Source of the DNA: a virus
Lineage: Duplodnaviria; Caudoviricetes
Length of the DNA: 26,494 nt
Reading direction: 5' to 3' (one strand)
IMG/VR virus record: IMGVR_UViG_3300044448_000451
Coordinates: 1-26,494 of that record
The notes beneath the pieces are model-generated. The model had not been told where the DNA came from. It did no database searches and saw only the letters and a list, made by a program, of their open reading frames with translations. Position 1 is the first letter of the stretch; each line of letters begins with the position of its first letter. A program made the translations under genes and the position numbers. Positions 1 through 9,350 of the stretch are shown piece after piece.

Positions 1-570
1 GACCCTAATGGTTTTACAAAAGTTCGTAGTAATATTAAAGTAGATAGTAGAACAATTGGAGATGGAGTTGAAATTGATGACATAAGTTTTGAAACTTATG
101 ATGTTAGAACAAAAGATTTAACTTCAGACCAATTAAAACAAATTAATAGAACTAATAGAGAGATAGATTATTTTAATAATCAAAGAGATAAAATATTAGG
201 TGCTGCTACTTTAGAAGACGGTACTATTAATCCTGAGTTTAATCAATTAGATAAAAGCATGGTAGGATTAAAAAGAGGAGCAGCTTTAGCAGCAAAAGGA
301 GAAGCAGCTTATAATATTTTAGAAACAGGTTTGGCAGAAGAAGCTCCTGAAGTTCCATCTGCTCCCCTTACACCAATGTTAGCATATAACATAGAAAGTT
401 CTACAGATTATTCTCAAGCTTATGCTAGTGCTTTCCAAGGTGCAGGATATGTAGGACCAAATGATTTTACGAGTTATGCAAATGCAGGTTTTTATGGAGG
501 TGACCCATTCTCAATAGCTCAATATAATAAAGTAAGAGCACCTCAACCAACAGTTCGTTTAGGAGGATAA
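1..570 (+). CDS. 5'-truncated hypothetical protein, probably virion-associated
   Basis: Frame 1 is open from base 1 (DPNGFTKVRS...) to TAA at 568-570, so the tracked start at 259 is internal. First gene of a tightly packed + strand block. Confidence 0.7.
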   Translation, partial: DPNGFTKVRSNIKVDSRTIGDGVEIDDISFETYDVRTKDLTSDQLKQINRTNREIDYFNNQRDKILGAATLEDGTINPEFNQLDKSMVGLKRGAALAAKGEAAYNILETGLAEEAPEVPSAPLTPMLAYNIESSTDYSQAYASAFQGAGYVGPNDFTSYANAGFYGGDPFSIAQYNKVRAPQPTVRLGG

Positions 571-571
571 A

Positions 572-1198
572 ATGGCAGATGTAAATCCAGATGCAGCATT
601 AAGTGAAGAAGATATACAGTTTTTAGAAACTAGAACTGGACCAATTCCGGGTCAATCTTTAACAAATAATCCTGATAATAAATATCCATGGGAACAACCT
701 CCTATGTTTACTAATAGAAGAGAAGCAGAAGTTTATATATTAGAAGAACTAACTACTCCTGAATCTTTTGTAGCTATTACAGATATATTAGCAGATGATA
801 TTCCTGTTGATGTCGTAGCTCGTACATATTTATATAGTGGATATAATAGAGGATTATGGAATGTAGATTTAATGTTATTATTAGCTGAGTCTACTATGTT
901 TATTTTAATGGCTCTTGCAGAAAAATTAGATATAGATTATGAACTTTATGCAGGTGATAAAGCAGAAGATGGTGTTGACCCTGATAATCAAGAAAAAGTA
1001 TTTAATAAAGCTAATGATATTCTTAAAAAACAAATTCGTAAAATTGATTCAGGTGATATAAAACCTCCTGCATTTATGAATAAAGAAATAGAAGAAAAGT
1101 TAGAAGCTATACCAGAAGAAACTGTAGAACAAGCTAAAAGCTTATTAGGTCCAGACAAAGAAGAACCCCAACAATCAGAAAGTTTATTAGGAGTATAA
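572..1198 (+). CDS. Conserved podovirus hypothetical protein (structural/internal virion region)
   Basis: AGGAGG RBS upstream. PIPGQSLT...PWEQPP motif recalled from marine podovirus structural regions. Function inferred from position only. Confidence 0.6.
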   Translation: MADVNPDAALSEEDIQFLETRTGPIPGQSLTNNPDNKYPWEQPPMFTNRREAEVYILEELTTPESFVAITDILADDIPVDVVARTYLYSGYNRGLWNVDLMLLLAESTMFILMALAEKLDIDYELYAGDKAEDGVDPDNQEKVFNKANDILKKQIRKIDSGDIKPPAFMNKEIEEKLEAIPEETVEQAKSLLGPDKEEPQQSESLLGV

Positions 1199-1199
1199 A

Positions 1200-3431
1200 A
1201 TGGCAAGTCCATACACAAAAGATATTACAAAATCTAAAACATATAGACAAATAACTGGACAAGATGAAGATAAATTTGACAAGTTTTTACAAGGTGCTAT
1301 ACAAGTAAAAAAAGCTTATAACAATAATGTTACTGATAATATTACTGCTTTAAAAGAAGATAAAGTTTTAGAAATACAAAAGAAGAAATTATTATTAAAA
1401 GGTTTAAATGGAGTTAGTACAATTCAAACTGATATTGAAACTAACTATAATGGTAATATAGATGCTTGGGCAAGAAATTATGCTCAAAAAGAATTACGTA
1501 ATGAAGCCATAACTAAATATGGTTTAGAAGATTCAGAAGCTAATAGAGTTACATTAACTCACCCTGATGCTGCTTATGGAGATTGGTTAAACGATAGAGC
1601 AAACGGTATTGCAAAAAATTATAAAAGTTTAGTAAACGATTTAGATAGTATTGGGTTACCTTATAAAGATATTGAAGAAGGTAAAACTTTTATAGACAAG
1701 GCTTATCAATCTGCTTTTAATGGATTAGAAAGAGATAATAAATTTAATATACTTAATTCAGTTGGTTCATTATTTAAAGGACATGGTTTAGGAAATAAAA
1801 GTGCATCTGAATTAAAATCTGATTTTGATAAAAGTATAGCTAATAGTTCTTTATCAAAACTAGAATCAATTAATAATACGTTTAAAGCTTTATATGGAGC
1901 AAATCCTGAGTTAGCTAAAGATTATGAACAAGTTATTAATAAAGCAGATATTAGACAAAATGTACAAACAACATTTAGTGATGTAAAAGAAGAAGAAAGA
2001 TTTGATAAAGCAACAGGAAAAACTTTTAAAGTTAAATATCAAGAAGTTACTCATAGTTGGACAGATAAACTTGGTAAACCTCAAACATCTGTTTCATTAG
2101 TTCCTGTAACAGGAGAAGGAGCTAAAATAGATGTAACACCTGCACAAAATTTTGCAGCTAATGCAGTTTATTTACGTATGTTAGAACAAGATGGACATGA
2201 AGCATATTATGGTTTACTTAATCAAATGGAACCATATCAAGCATTTATGAAAGTAAGACAACAATATGGTAAATCATTTACACAATTAGAATCAGATGCT
2301 TTACGTAAAGAACTTGCTCCTGAAATTATGACTAATTGGAGTAATATACAAGAAAGTTATTATGTAACAAATGCAATTACAGGAGCACAAGAACTTAGAA
2401 CAGACATTAAAGCTTATAAAGCAGACCCAAATAATGTAGCTAAACCATTAGATTATTATCACAATATTAACGAATATGCAAAAGATATATTAGGTATTGC
2501 AATGGATATAGAACCTATGAATCCTAATTATAGATTTCCTGATAAACGAACTTATACTGTTGATGAAGGATTGTCAAACTCAAATGTTTGGAAAGCTTTT
2601 GCAACAGATGAAAATTCGATTAGAGAAATTAGAGATGACCTTGATTTATCAATAGAATTTGAACAAGACTTGTTAAGAGATTTTGAAGCAGGTACATATG
2701 ATAATGTAGATAAGTTTGGTAATTATTTTCCAATGCAAAACGAAGACCTTATCTTACAAACTGCAGCACAAACAGGTAGAGCACTTTATTTAAATCCAGA
2801 AGTACTAGACAAATTAGGTTTAGATTCATCTGAATTTGATGGTGGTGCAAAAATAGGATACAATGTTGTAAGTAAAAAATTAGTATTACAACCATTCTCA
2901 AATCAAACTTTATTTACAGATACTCAAGATGATGATGATGAACCATTAATTCCTGAAAGACCTGAAGGTGGTATATTTACTAGAGCACTTCAAGCTGTTA
3001 ATGACATACCAGTTCTAGGAGCAAGTACAGAGTTTTTATTTGGAGATGAAGCAGATTGGACAGACTTATTAGTATTTATTCCTGTTGGAGGAGCAGTAGC
3101 TATTGGAGGTAAAATAGCTTTAAGTGCAGGTAAAAAAGTAACACAAAAAGCTATAACAAACTCTTACGAAAAAATTGGTACGAAAATGATACAAAAAGGA
3201 TATGACCCATTTAAAGGAGGAGCTAAGTATGGACAAATTAGTTCTTCTGGTCGAAGTGTAGAAATAAAATCTATTGGTGAAGATTTAATTAAAGCTAATG
3301 CAATTGACCCACTTAAAACAGGAACAGCTATTATTATCGGTAAAGATGCAAAAGGAAGAATGTATAGATTTGGTGGAGCAGGTGGTATTGCTGCCATTGA
3401 AACAATGACTACCCCTGACCCTGTAGAATAA
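1200..3431 (+). CDS. Putative internal virion (ejection) protein, 743 aa
   Basis: AGGAG RBS. Largely helical-looking, with Gly-rich hydrophobic C-terminal segments (LLVFIPVGGAVAIGGKIAL; FGGAGGIAAI). Lies directly before the largest gene, as T7 gp15 lies before gp16. Confidence 0.55.
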   Translation: MASPYTKDITKSKTYRQITGQDEDKFDKFLQGAIQVKKAYNNNVTDNITALKEDKVLEIQKKKLLLKGLNGVSTIQTDIETNYNGNIDAWARNYAQKELRNEAITKYGLEDSEANRVTLTHPDAAYGDWLNDRANGIAKNYKSLVNDLDSIGLPYKDIEEGKTFIDKAYQSAFNGLERDNKFNILNSVGSLFKGHGLGNKSASELKSDFDKSIANSSLSKLESINNTFKALYGANPELAKDYEQVINKADIRQNVQTTFSDVKEEERFDKATGKTFKVKYQEVTHSWTDKLGKPQTSVSLVPVTGEGAKIDVTPAQNFAANAVYLRMLEQDGHEAYYGLLNQMEPYQAFMKVRQQYGKSFTQLESDALRKELAPEIMTNWSNIQESYYVTNAITGAQELRTDIKAYKADPNNVAKPLDYYHNINEYAKDILGIAMDIEPMNPNYRFPDKRTYTVDEGLSNSNVWKAFATDENSIREIRDDLDLSIEFEQDLLRDFEAGTYDNVDKFGNYFPMQNEDLILQTAAQTGRALYLNPEVLDKLGLDSSEFDGGAKIGYNVVSKKLVLQPFSNQTLFTDTQDDDDEPLIPERPEGGIFTRALQAVNDIPVLGASTEFLFGDEADWTDLLVFIPVGGAVAIGGKIALSAGKKVTQKAITNSYEKIGTKMIQKGYDPFKGGAKYGQISSSGRSVEIKSIGEDLIKANAIDPLKTGTAIIIGKDAKGRMYRFGGAGGIAAIETMTTPDPVE

Positions 3432-3443
3432 AAAAGGATTGTT

Positions 3444-6400
3444 ATGTCTTTTGATTTAAATAGTTACAAACAAAGTTTAGTAACAACTAACCCAGCAAAA
3501 CCAAAAAATCCATCGTCTATTAAACCTATTAAAGGTAGAGAGGATGCGTTACGCTATGCAATGAAAATGGGTATGTCTGATTCTGTGCGTGGCATACAAC
3601 AAATGTATGGCAACATTGCAAATGATGATGAACTTCTAGAGTCTTTAAAATCTAAAGACGAAAAATTAAAACGAATATTAGAACATCCTAAATATGGTAG
3701 TGATGCTTTAAAGTATTACTTAGGCTCTGCTGTAGCACTTGACCCTATAGGTTGGATACCTTTTGTAGGTTGGGGAAAAAAAGCTGATACACTTGGTAAA
3801 GCTACAAGATATGGTGCAGGTATGGGAGGAGCATATGGTGGTGTAGCTTATGTAGGAGAAGGAGAAAGCAGACTGTATAACACAGTAGCTTCTGCTACAT
3901 TAGGAGGAACATTAGGTTATGGAGTAGCTAAAGTAGGTAAAGCAGTTTCTAAATATTTAGGTAAAGAAGAAGCAAACTTTGCTCCATCTATCACAGAAAG
4001 AGAACAAAAAAATTTAGAAGATAGAGCATTACTGTCTCGTATGGATAAAACTCCAACACAAGAAGAAATGGATGAAGCTATTAATAAAACTATTAATAGT
4101 TTACGAGATGAGAAGCCTAGTGAAATGATGCCATCAATAAAATCTTTTTATCAAGACAACGGTGGTAATAAACTTTGGGATATAGCAGTTCAAAACTGGG
4201 GAACAGGTTTAGTAGGAGCTGCAGCAGGTTTAGGAGGTTACAATGCTTTTGATGACCCCGAATCTACTGAAGCTCAAAAAATTGCAGCAGGTTTAATTTT
4301 AATGTTAGGTGGTGGATTAGCTACAAAAGCTGTAGGTAAATTTGCAATTAATAATGAAGATACTGTATCTACTCTTATGTCAAAAGGTATTGTAGACAAT
4401 TATGGTTTACCTAAACAATATACAGAATTAGTTAAAAAAAGTTTTGGTGATGTTAATGCATTGTCGCACAGATTTATTGAAATTGTTAGAAAAACACAAA
4501 CATTAACACCAGAAGAAAATAAAGTATTATATGGAATGATATCAGGAGAAATAAATAATCTTCCTGATTTAGTTGGTTTTAGTAAAGAAGCAAGGTCAGT
4601 TATTAAAGATACTGGACAAGCTATGGTTGATGCAGGTCTTCTTTCTGAAAAAGTATTTCAAAAAAATGTAGATACATATTTACATCGTAGTTACATGAAA
4701 CATGTAATGAAACCTGATGGTGACCCTAATGTTTATCAAGCATCTAGAGAATTAAAAATTATTGGTGATGAATTAAAACCAAGAGGTGCATCTAATGAAA
4801 AAGTAATTACTATTAAAGCTTATGAAAATAGTTTTAATCCTAAAAGTAAAAACTTTGGAAGATACTCAGACTATGAAATACAACCTGTAGTAGCTATGGT
4901 TTCTTCTTCTGTGTATGATAAACGCATGGAAAAACTTTCTCGTAAGAAAAGATTTAAACTAGAAGATTTTAGACTAAATAAAACTATTACAGATGTTAGA
5001 GATTGGAAAGTTGTTGATGAAGCAGATGGAACAACATATTTACAAAGCACTAAAAAAATTAATTTACGTAGAGATTATAATAAAGAAGAAAGAACAGCAA
5101 TGGGAGAAATTGAAGATGCTTCTTTTGCAATAGCTGAAACAGGTAGACTGATGACAAATGATTTAGCTGTTTATAAACTTTATGAAAATATTGCTAAATC
5201 TTCTGATTTATCTATGTCTAAAGTTGCATTTGATGCAAAAGTAGCTCAAGGAACAATTGATGAAACACAATGGATAAGAGTAGCTGATGATTCAGTAGCT
5301 TCTAATATTGCTAAAGTAGATGGAGAACCTATAAAAAGATATGGGCAATTATCAGGACGTTATGTTCCTAAAGAAGTTTATACAGATTTAACTAAAATAA
5401 ATAAACTTAAATCAGAAGATGGTAAATTATTAAATGGTTATTTAGCTACTAATAGACTTTGGAAAAAAACTAAAACAGCTTGGAATCCTGTAGTTCATGT
5501 AAACAATACAGTTTCTAATATAATTCTTTATGACCTAGCAGATGCTAATTATAAATTTATGGCAAGAGGTTTTGATGAATTACGTAAAGGTTATGAAAAT
5601 GCAGCAGATGCAGACCTGTACAGACTAGCTCAATCATATGGAGTATTTGATGTAGATATGGTTAGCAAAGAATTAAATAAAGAAGTAAACGAAACTTTAT
5701 CTAAAACTTTACAAAATTTATCTGATGAATTAAATCCAGAAATTGTAAATGCTCAAACATATTCTACAGAAACATTTAAACAATTAGCATCTAAAGGATA
5801 TAAAATGACAGCAGGTAAACTAGAAAGTTTATATCAGTCAGAAGATGCAGCATTTCGTATGGGATTATTTATGGATAGAATTTCTAAAGGAATGACTCCT
5901 GCAGAAGCTGCTGCTGATGCTAAAAAATGGTTTATTGATTATGATATTAATGCTCCATTTATTAATTTTATGCGAAGATTTCCTACTCCATTTTTATCTT
6001 ATACTTATAGAGTAGTTCCATTACTTGCAGAAGCAGCTATTAGAAGACCTTGGAAGTTTGCTAAATGGTCAACAGGTGCTTACATGTTAAATGAAGCAGG
6101 TAAAAAATATGGAGCAGGTGATGAAGAAAAAGAAAGACTTTTAATGAGAGATGGCATGAAAGAAAAACTTTTTGGAATTCCTTTCTTGCCCGGAACTACA
6201 ATTAAAACTCCTTTTACTTCTGAACGAGGAGAAGATATTCCTTTATACTTAGATGTTAAAAGATTTATTCCGGGTGGTGATGTATTTTCACTTGGAGATA
6301 AAAGTATTGGAATACCTATTCCATTTACAGATAAATCTATTAAAATACCTGAAACATTAGCTCCGAGTTTTGGAGCACCCGGAGAAATTTTCATTCCCTT

Positions 6401-8342
6401 ACTTACAGGAGTTGACCCTTTTACTTTACAAAAATTAGAAGGGTTAGGTATGGGTAATGATGATAAAGTTAAAATACAACACATACTAAGTAGATTAACT
6501 CCAAACATTCCATCAACTGCATTTACTTATCCGTTGTTTGGTAACACAGAAAATTGGTATCCTTTTAATCAATCATTTGGTTCTAAAAAAATTAGTAAAG
6601 CTTTTCGACAGGCAGAAACAGGAGCTTCATCTAGGTATGCTACAGACTTTACACCTTTTGAAGCTATTATGAGTACCTTTGGTTTTAAATTACAACCAGT
6701 ACAATTTGAAAAACTTATAGGAATAAAGAATGCAGAGTTTTCTAGAGGATATGCAACTGCACGTAAAAAAATATATCAACTAGGTAAACAAGTAAGAGAA
6801 GGTAGTATGTCTGCAGAAGAAGCACAAGAAGAAGCACAAGAAGTTTATGAAAGACTTGAACAACTAACTAGAAAATATAATGTTATACAAGACGAACTTA
6901 AAAGAGTTGAAAATAGTTTAGGTGGTGAAGTTAGACAACAATATAATTTAGGTGGTAGGGTTCAAGTGCCTTTAGCTGCTGAATTACAAGCACTACAATT
7001 ACAAGCAGAAAGTGGACAAGCTACTACATTAGACAATCAAGATTTATACAGAGAAACATTAAGTGATTTACAAAGAGGACAACCAAGAAAACCATTTAAT
7101 ATTGGTAGTGCTGTTAAAAAAATTATTAAACTTTATCATGGGTCAGGAAAAACATTTGATACATTTGACAAAGATAAATCTATTATGGGATTAATGGGTA
7201 AAGGATTATATTTTACTCCTGATAAAAAAACAGCTTTAAAATATACAGATACATCTCCAAAAAATCTTAAAAAAATGTATGGTAAAAAATATATAGATGA
7301 AGTAATAGAATCTAAAAAAGATGCTATGGACAAAATCTTATATGAAGTAGAAGCTTCACTATCTGATAATGAAGTTTTATTAGTTAATACTTTTAAAAAA
7401 CAAGACAAAGATATACAACAAAAATTAAAATCTTTAGTTAATGATTATAATTTAACTGTAGATTATAATTCAAAAGGATTAGTAAGTCAAGTATTAAAAC
7501 AATTAGGAGATGAAAGTTCTAATATTTTACCTATGTATGGTATTAAAGCTATTAAAAAAGATTTTACTTCTTCCCCACTAAAAGGTAAAACTTTAGGAGG
7601 AGATATAGAATATTCTATTTTTGATGAAAGTATTTTAGATATTAAAAAACGTATTCCTTTAAATCAAGGTAACTTAGTTAGTCAAGAAGATGACCCTGCT
7701 GATACTAAAATAGAAGGTACAAACGTAACCTTTAATGAAATGGCAGGTAAACCTAAACAAAAAACTCCAGAGCCTGTAACTCAAATACCTGCAGGACAAG
7801 AGTTTACTCCTGTTGAAACATTACGAACTTTAGATTTAATTAGAAAAAATAGAGGTGATGCAGTTGCTGATTCTTTACAAGCTTTAGGAGTTAAAATAGC
7901 AGAAATAGAATCTAATAATGTACCTAATAGGATACAATTAATTAAACGTGACGGACAAATGGTTCAAGATGGTCCTGCAAGAGGTAAGTATCAATTTGAA
8001 ATGTTTTATGGAGGTGGTTCAGGTGCTGCTAAAACTGCAGTAAATAGAACTATAAATTTTTACAAAAATAATAATCAAAAAGTTCCTGACGAATTATATA
8101 AACTATCTTTACAAGAAGATATTGATTTTTCTAAATTACCTGAATCTTTACAAGACGATATATTCTATGCAAATGCTGCAGAAAAAAAGGGGTTTAATTT
8201 AGATGATTTAGCTAGTGGTAAACTTACACAAAAAGATGCATGGTTAAATTATCATTGGGCAGGTAGTGATGAAGAAAGAGGAAAAAAAGCTAAACTGTGG
8301 GAAGAAAGATTTAAAGCAATTGAACAGAGCTTGACAAAATAA
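3444..8342 (+). CDS. Large polyvalent internal virion protein with ART-like and C-terminal lysozyme-like domains
   Basis: 1632 aa. N-terminal Gly/Ala hydrophobic helices. YHGS..FDTFD..GKGLYFT..A.KY...IEYSIFD matches ART-PolyVal-type motifs (~7125-7645). IAEIES...GPARGKYQF is lysozyme/transglycosylase-like (~7890-8300). Confidence 0.7.
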   Translation: MSFDLNSYKQSLVTTNPAKPKNPSSIKPIKGREDALRYAMKMGMSDSVRGIQQMYGNIANDDELLESLKSKDEKLKRILEHPKYGSDALKYYLGSAVALDPIGWIPFVGWGKKADTLGKATRYGAGMGGAYGGVAYVGEGESRLYNTVASATLGGTLGYGVAKVGKAVSKYLGKEEANFAPSITEREQKNLEDRALLSRMDKTPTQEEMDEAINKTINSLRDEKPSEMMPSIKSFYQDNGGNKLWDIAVQNWGTGLVGAAAGLGGYNAFDDPESTEAQKIAAGLILMLGGGLATKAVGKFAINNEDTVSTLMSKGIVDNYGLPKQYTELVKKSFGDVNALSHRFIEIVRKTQTLTPEENKVLYGMISGEINNLPDLVGFSKEARSVIKDTGQAMVDAGLLSEKVFQKNVDTYLHRSYMKHVMKPDGDPNVYQASRELKIIGDELKPRGASNEKVITIKAYENSFNPKSKNFGRYSDYEIQPVVAMVSSSVYDKRMEKLSRKKRFKLEDFRLNKTITDVRDWKVVDEADGTTYLQSTKKINLRRDYNKEERTAMGEIEDASFAIAETGRLMTNDLAVYKLYENIAKSSDLSMSKVAFDAKVAQGTIDETQWIRVADDSVASNIAKVDGEPIKRYGQLSGRYVPKEVYTDLTKINKLKSEDGKLLNGYLATNRLWKKTKTAWNPVVHVNNTVSNIILYDLADANYKFMARGFDELRKGYENAADADLYRLAQSYGVFDVDMVSKELNKEVNETLSKTLQNLSDELNPEIVNAQTYSTETFKQLASKGYKMTAGKLESLYQSEDAAFRMGLFMDRISKGMTPAEAAADAKKWFIDYDINAPFINFMRRFPTPFLSYTYRVVPLLAEAAIRRPWKFAKWSTGAYMLNEAGKKYGAGDEEKERLLMRDGMKEKLFGIPFLPGTTIKTPFTSERGEDIPLYLDVKRFIPGGDVFSLGDKSIGIPIPFTDKSIKIPETLAPSFGAPGEIFIPLLTGVDPFTLQKLEGLGMGNDDKVKIQHILSRLTPNIPSTAFTYPLFGNTENWYPFNQSFGSKKISKAFRQAETGASSRYATDFTPFEAIMSTFGFKLQPVQFEKLIGIKNAEFSRGYATARKKIYQLGKQVREGSMSAEEAQEEAQEVYERLEQLTRKYNVIQDELKRVENSLGGEVRQQYNLGGRVQVPLAAELQALQLQAESGQATTLDNQDLYRETLSDLQRGQPRKPFNIGSAVKKIIKLYHGSGKTFDTFDKDKSIMGLMGKGLYFTPDKKTALKYTDTSPKNLKKMYGKKYIDEVIESKKDAMDKILYEVEASLSDNEVLLVNTFKKQDKDIQQKLKSLVNDYNLTVDYNSKGLVSQVLKQLGDESSNILPMYGIKAIKKDFTSSPLKGKTLGGDIEYSIFDESILDIKKRIPLNQGNLVSQEDDPADTKIEGTNVTFNEMAGKPKQKTPEPVTQIPAGQEFTPVETLRTLDLIRKNRGDAVADSLQALGVKIAEIESNNVPNRIQLIKRDGQMVQDGPARGKYQFEMFYGGGSGAAKTAVNRTINFYKNNNQKVPDELYKLSLQEDIDFSKLPESLQDDIFYANAAEKKGFNLDDLASGKLTQKDAWLNYHWAGSDEERGKKAKLWEERFKAIEQSLTK

Positions 8343-8359
8343 TTTTATGAACCTATAAT
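8331..8359 (+). promoter_or_regulatory. Consensus sigma70 promoter
   Basis: TTGACA (8331-8336), 17 bp spacer, TATAAT (8354-8359). Confidence 0.85.
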
Positions 8360-8364
8360 AGAAT

Positions 8365-8610
8365 ATGTTACTTTATAGAGAATCAGATTTAGATAGTGCT
8401 TGGCATATTGATTGTAAAGCAAGAACAAAACAAAATATACCTTGGGTAAAACGAGAAGACTTTAGAGATATATATGAACGCTTAGTAGAGTTTCATATAA
8501 ATAAAGCACTTAAAGAAAAAGTATTAGAACTAGATGGTGATGTACCTGAATGGGTAAAGATAGCAGTTCATAGTACATTAGATGAATTAGAATTAGATTT
8601 AGACGAATAA
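8365..8610 (+). CDS. Hypothetical protein, probably leaderless
   Basis: 81-aa ORF. ATG follows the -10 box after only 5 nt, with no SD. Stop overlaps the next ATG (TAATG). Confidence 0.7.
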   Translation: MLLYRESDLDSAWHIDCKARTKQNIPWVKREDFRDIYERLVEFHINKALKEKVLELDGDVPEWVKIAVHSTLDELELDLDE

Positions 8611-9041
8611 TGGGAATACCTTTTGAAATAATAACAATGCTTGGTTCTACCATATTAGGTGGACTTATGAGCATGTGGTCGCAATCTATAAAAGCTAAAC
8701 AAGCTCAACAAGCTATGTTAATGGAACGAGCTAAGTTCCAACAAAAAGCTGTTAAAGATGCAAGAGAATACGAAAACGTAGGCTTTCAATGGACAAGAAG
8801 AATTATAGCATTAACAGCAATTTTTTCAATTGTTGTTCTTCCTAAAATAGTAGCTATATTTTATCCAGAAGTTTCTGTAACAGTAGGCTACACAGAGTTT
8901 AGACCCGGATTTTTCTTTATACCTGAAAAGGAAGTAATGGAATGGAAAGCTTTAAAAGGTCTAGTAATAACTCCTCTTGATACTAACTTAGTAGGTGCTA
9001 TAGTTGGTATGTATTTTGGAGGTAGTTTAGTTAAAAAATAA
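8610..9041 (+). CDS. Holin-like membrane protein (3TM/GTA-holin-like)
   Basis: Three hydrophobic segments, W-T-R-R before TM2, and a C-terminal IVGMYFGGSLVKK resembling 3TM holins. Confidence 0.55.
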   Translation: MGIPFEIITMLGSTILGGLMSMWSQSIKAKQAQQAMLMERAKFQQKAVKDAREYENVGFQWTRRIIALTAIFSIVVLPKIVAIFYPEVSVTVGYTEFRPGFFFIPEKEVMEWKALKGLVITPLDTNLVGAIVGMYFGGSLVKK

Positions 9042-9178
9042 TGGAAAAAACTATAAAAGATATAATAAAGAACTCACAAAATGAACTTCAAGACAATTGT
9101 TATAATGGATTGTTTTGGGATTTAGAAACCAAAAAATTCCTAAGATGGAATGAACTTATTAAAAAGGAGTGCAAATAA
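9041..9178 (+). CDS. Small hypothetical protein (45 aa, not in ORF track)
   Basis: MEKTIKDIIK...GLFWDLETKKFLRWNELIKKECK*. ATG overlaps the previous stop (TAATG). Confidence 0.6.
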   Translation: MEKTIKDIIKNSQNELQDNCYNGLFWDLETKKFLRWNELIKKECK

Positions 9179-9266
9179 ACTGAAAGCAGTGACCGATAGT
9201 GTCTGCGTTATATGTATTGTTGGTTGGATATATTTAGTAGTTTCGGGATACTACTACTTCTTCTAA
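9150..9266 (+). CDS. Possible single-TM micropeptide (38 aa)
   Basis: MNLLKRSANKLKAVTDSVCVICIVGWIYLVVSGYYYFF*. Basic N-terminus plus hydrophobic helix, but weak RBS. Confidence 0.35.
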   Translation: MNLLKRSANKLKAVTDSVCVICIVGWIYLVVSGYYYFF

Positions 9267-9350
9267 CCACTACTAAAACTTAAGAAGAACCCTAAAAGAA
9301 TGCTATTGTTAGCTTCACAGGGAAATTGCATTTAAAAAAAGGATAAAAGA

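Noticed and set aside
988-7408. Antisense ORFs 988-1218, 3164-3397, 6080-6508, 7136-7408
   Set aside because: Shadows of long + strand genes with no independent signals.
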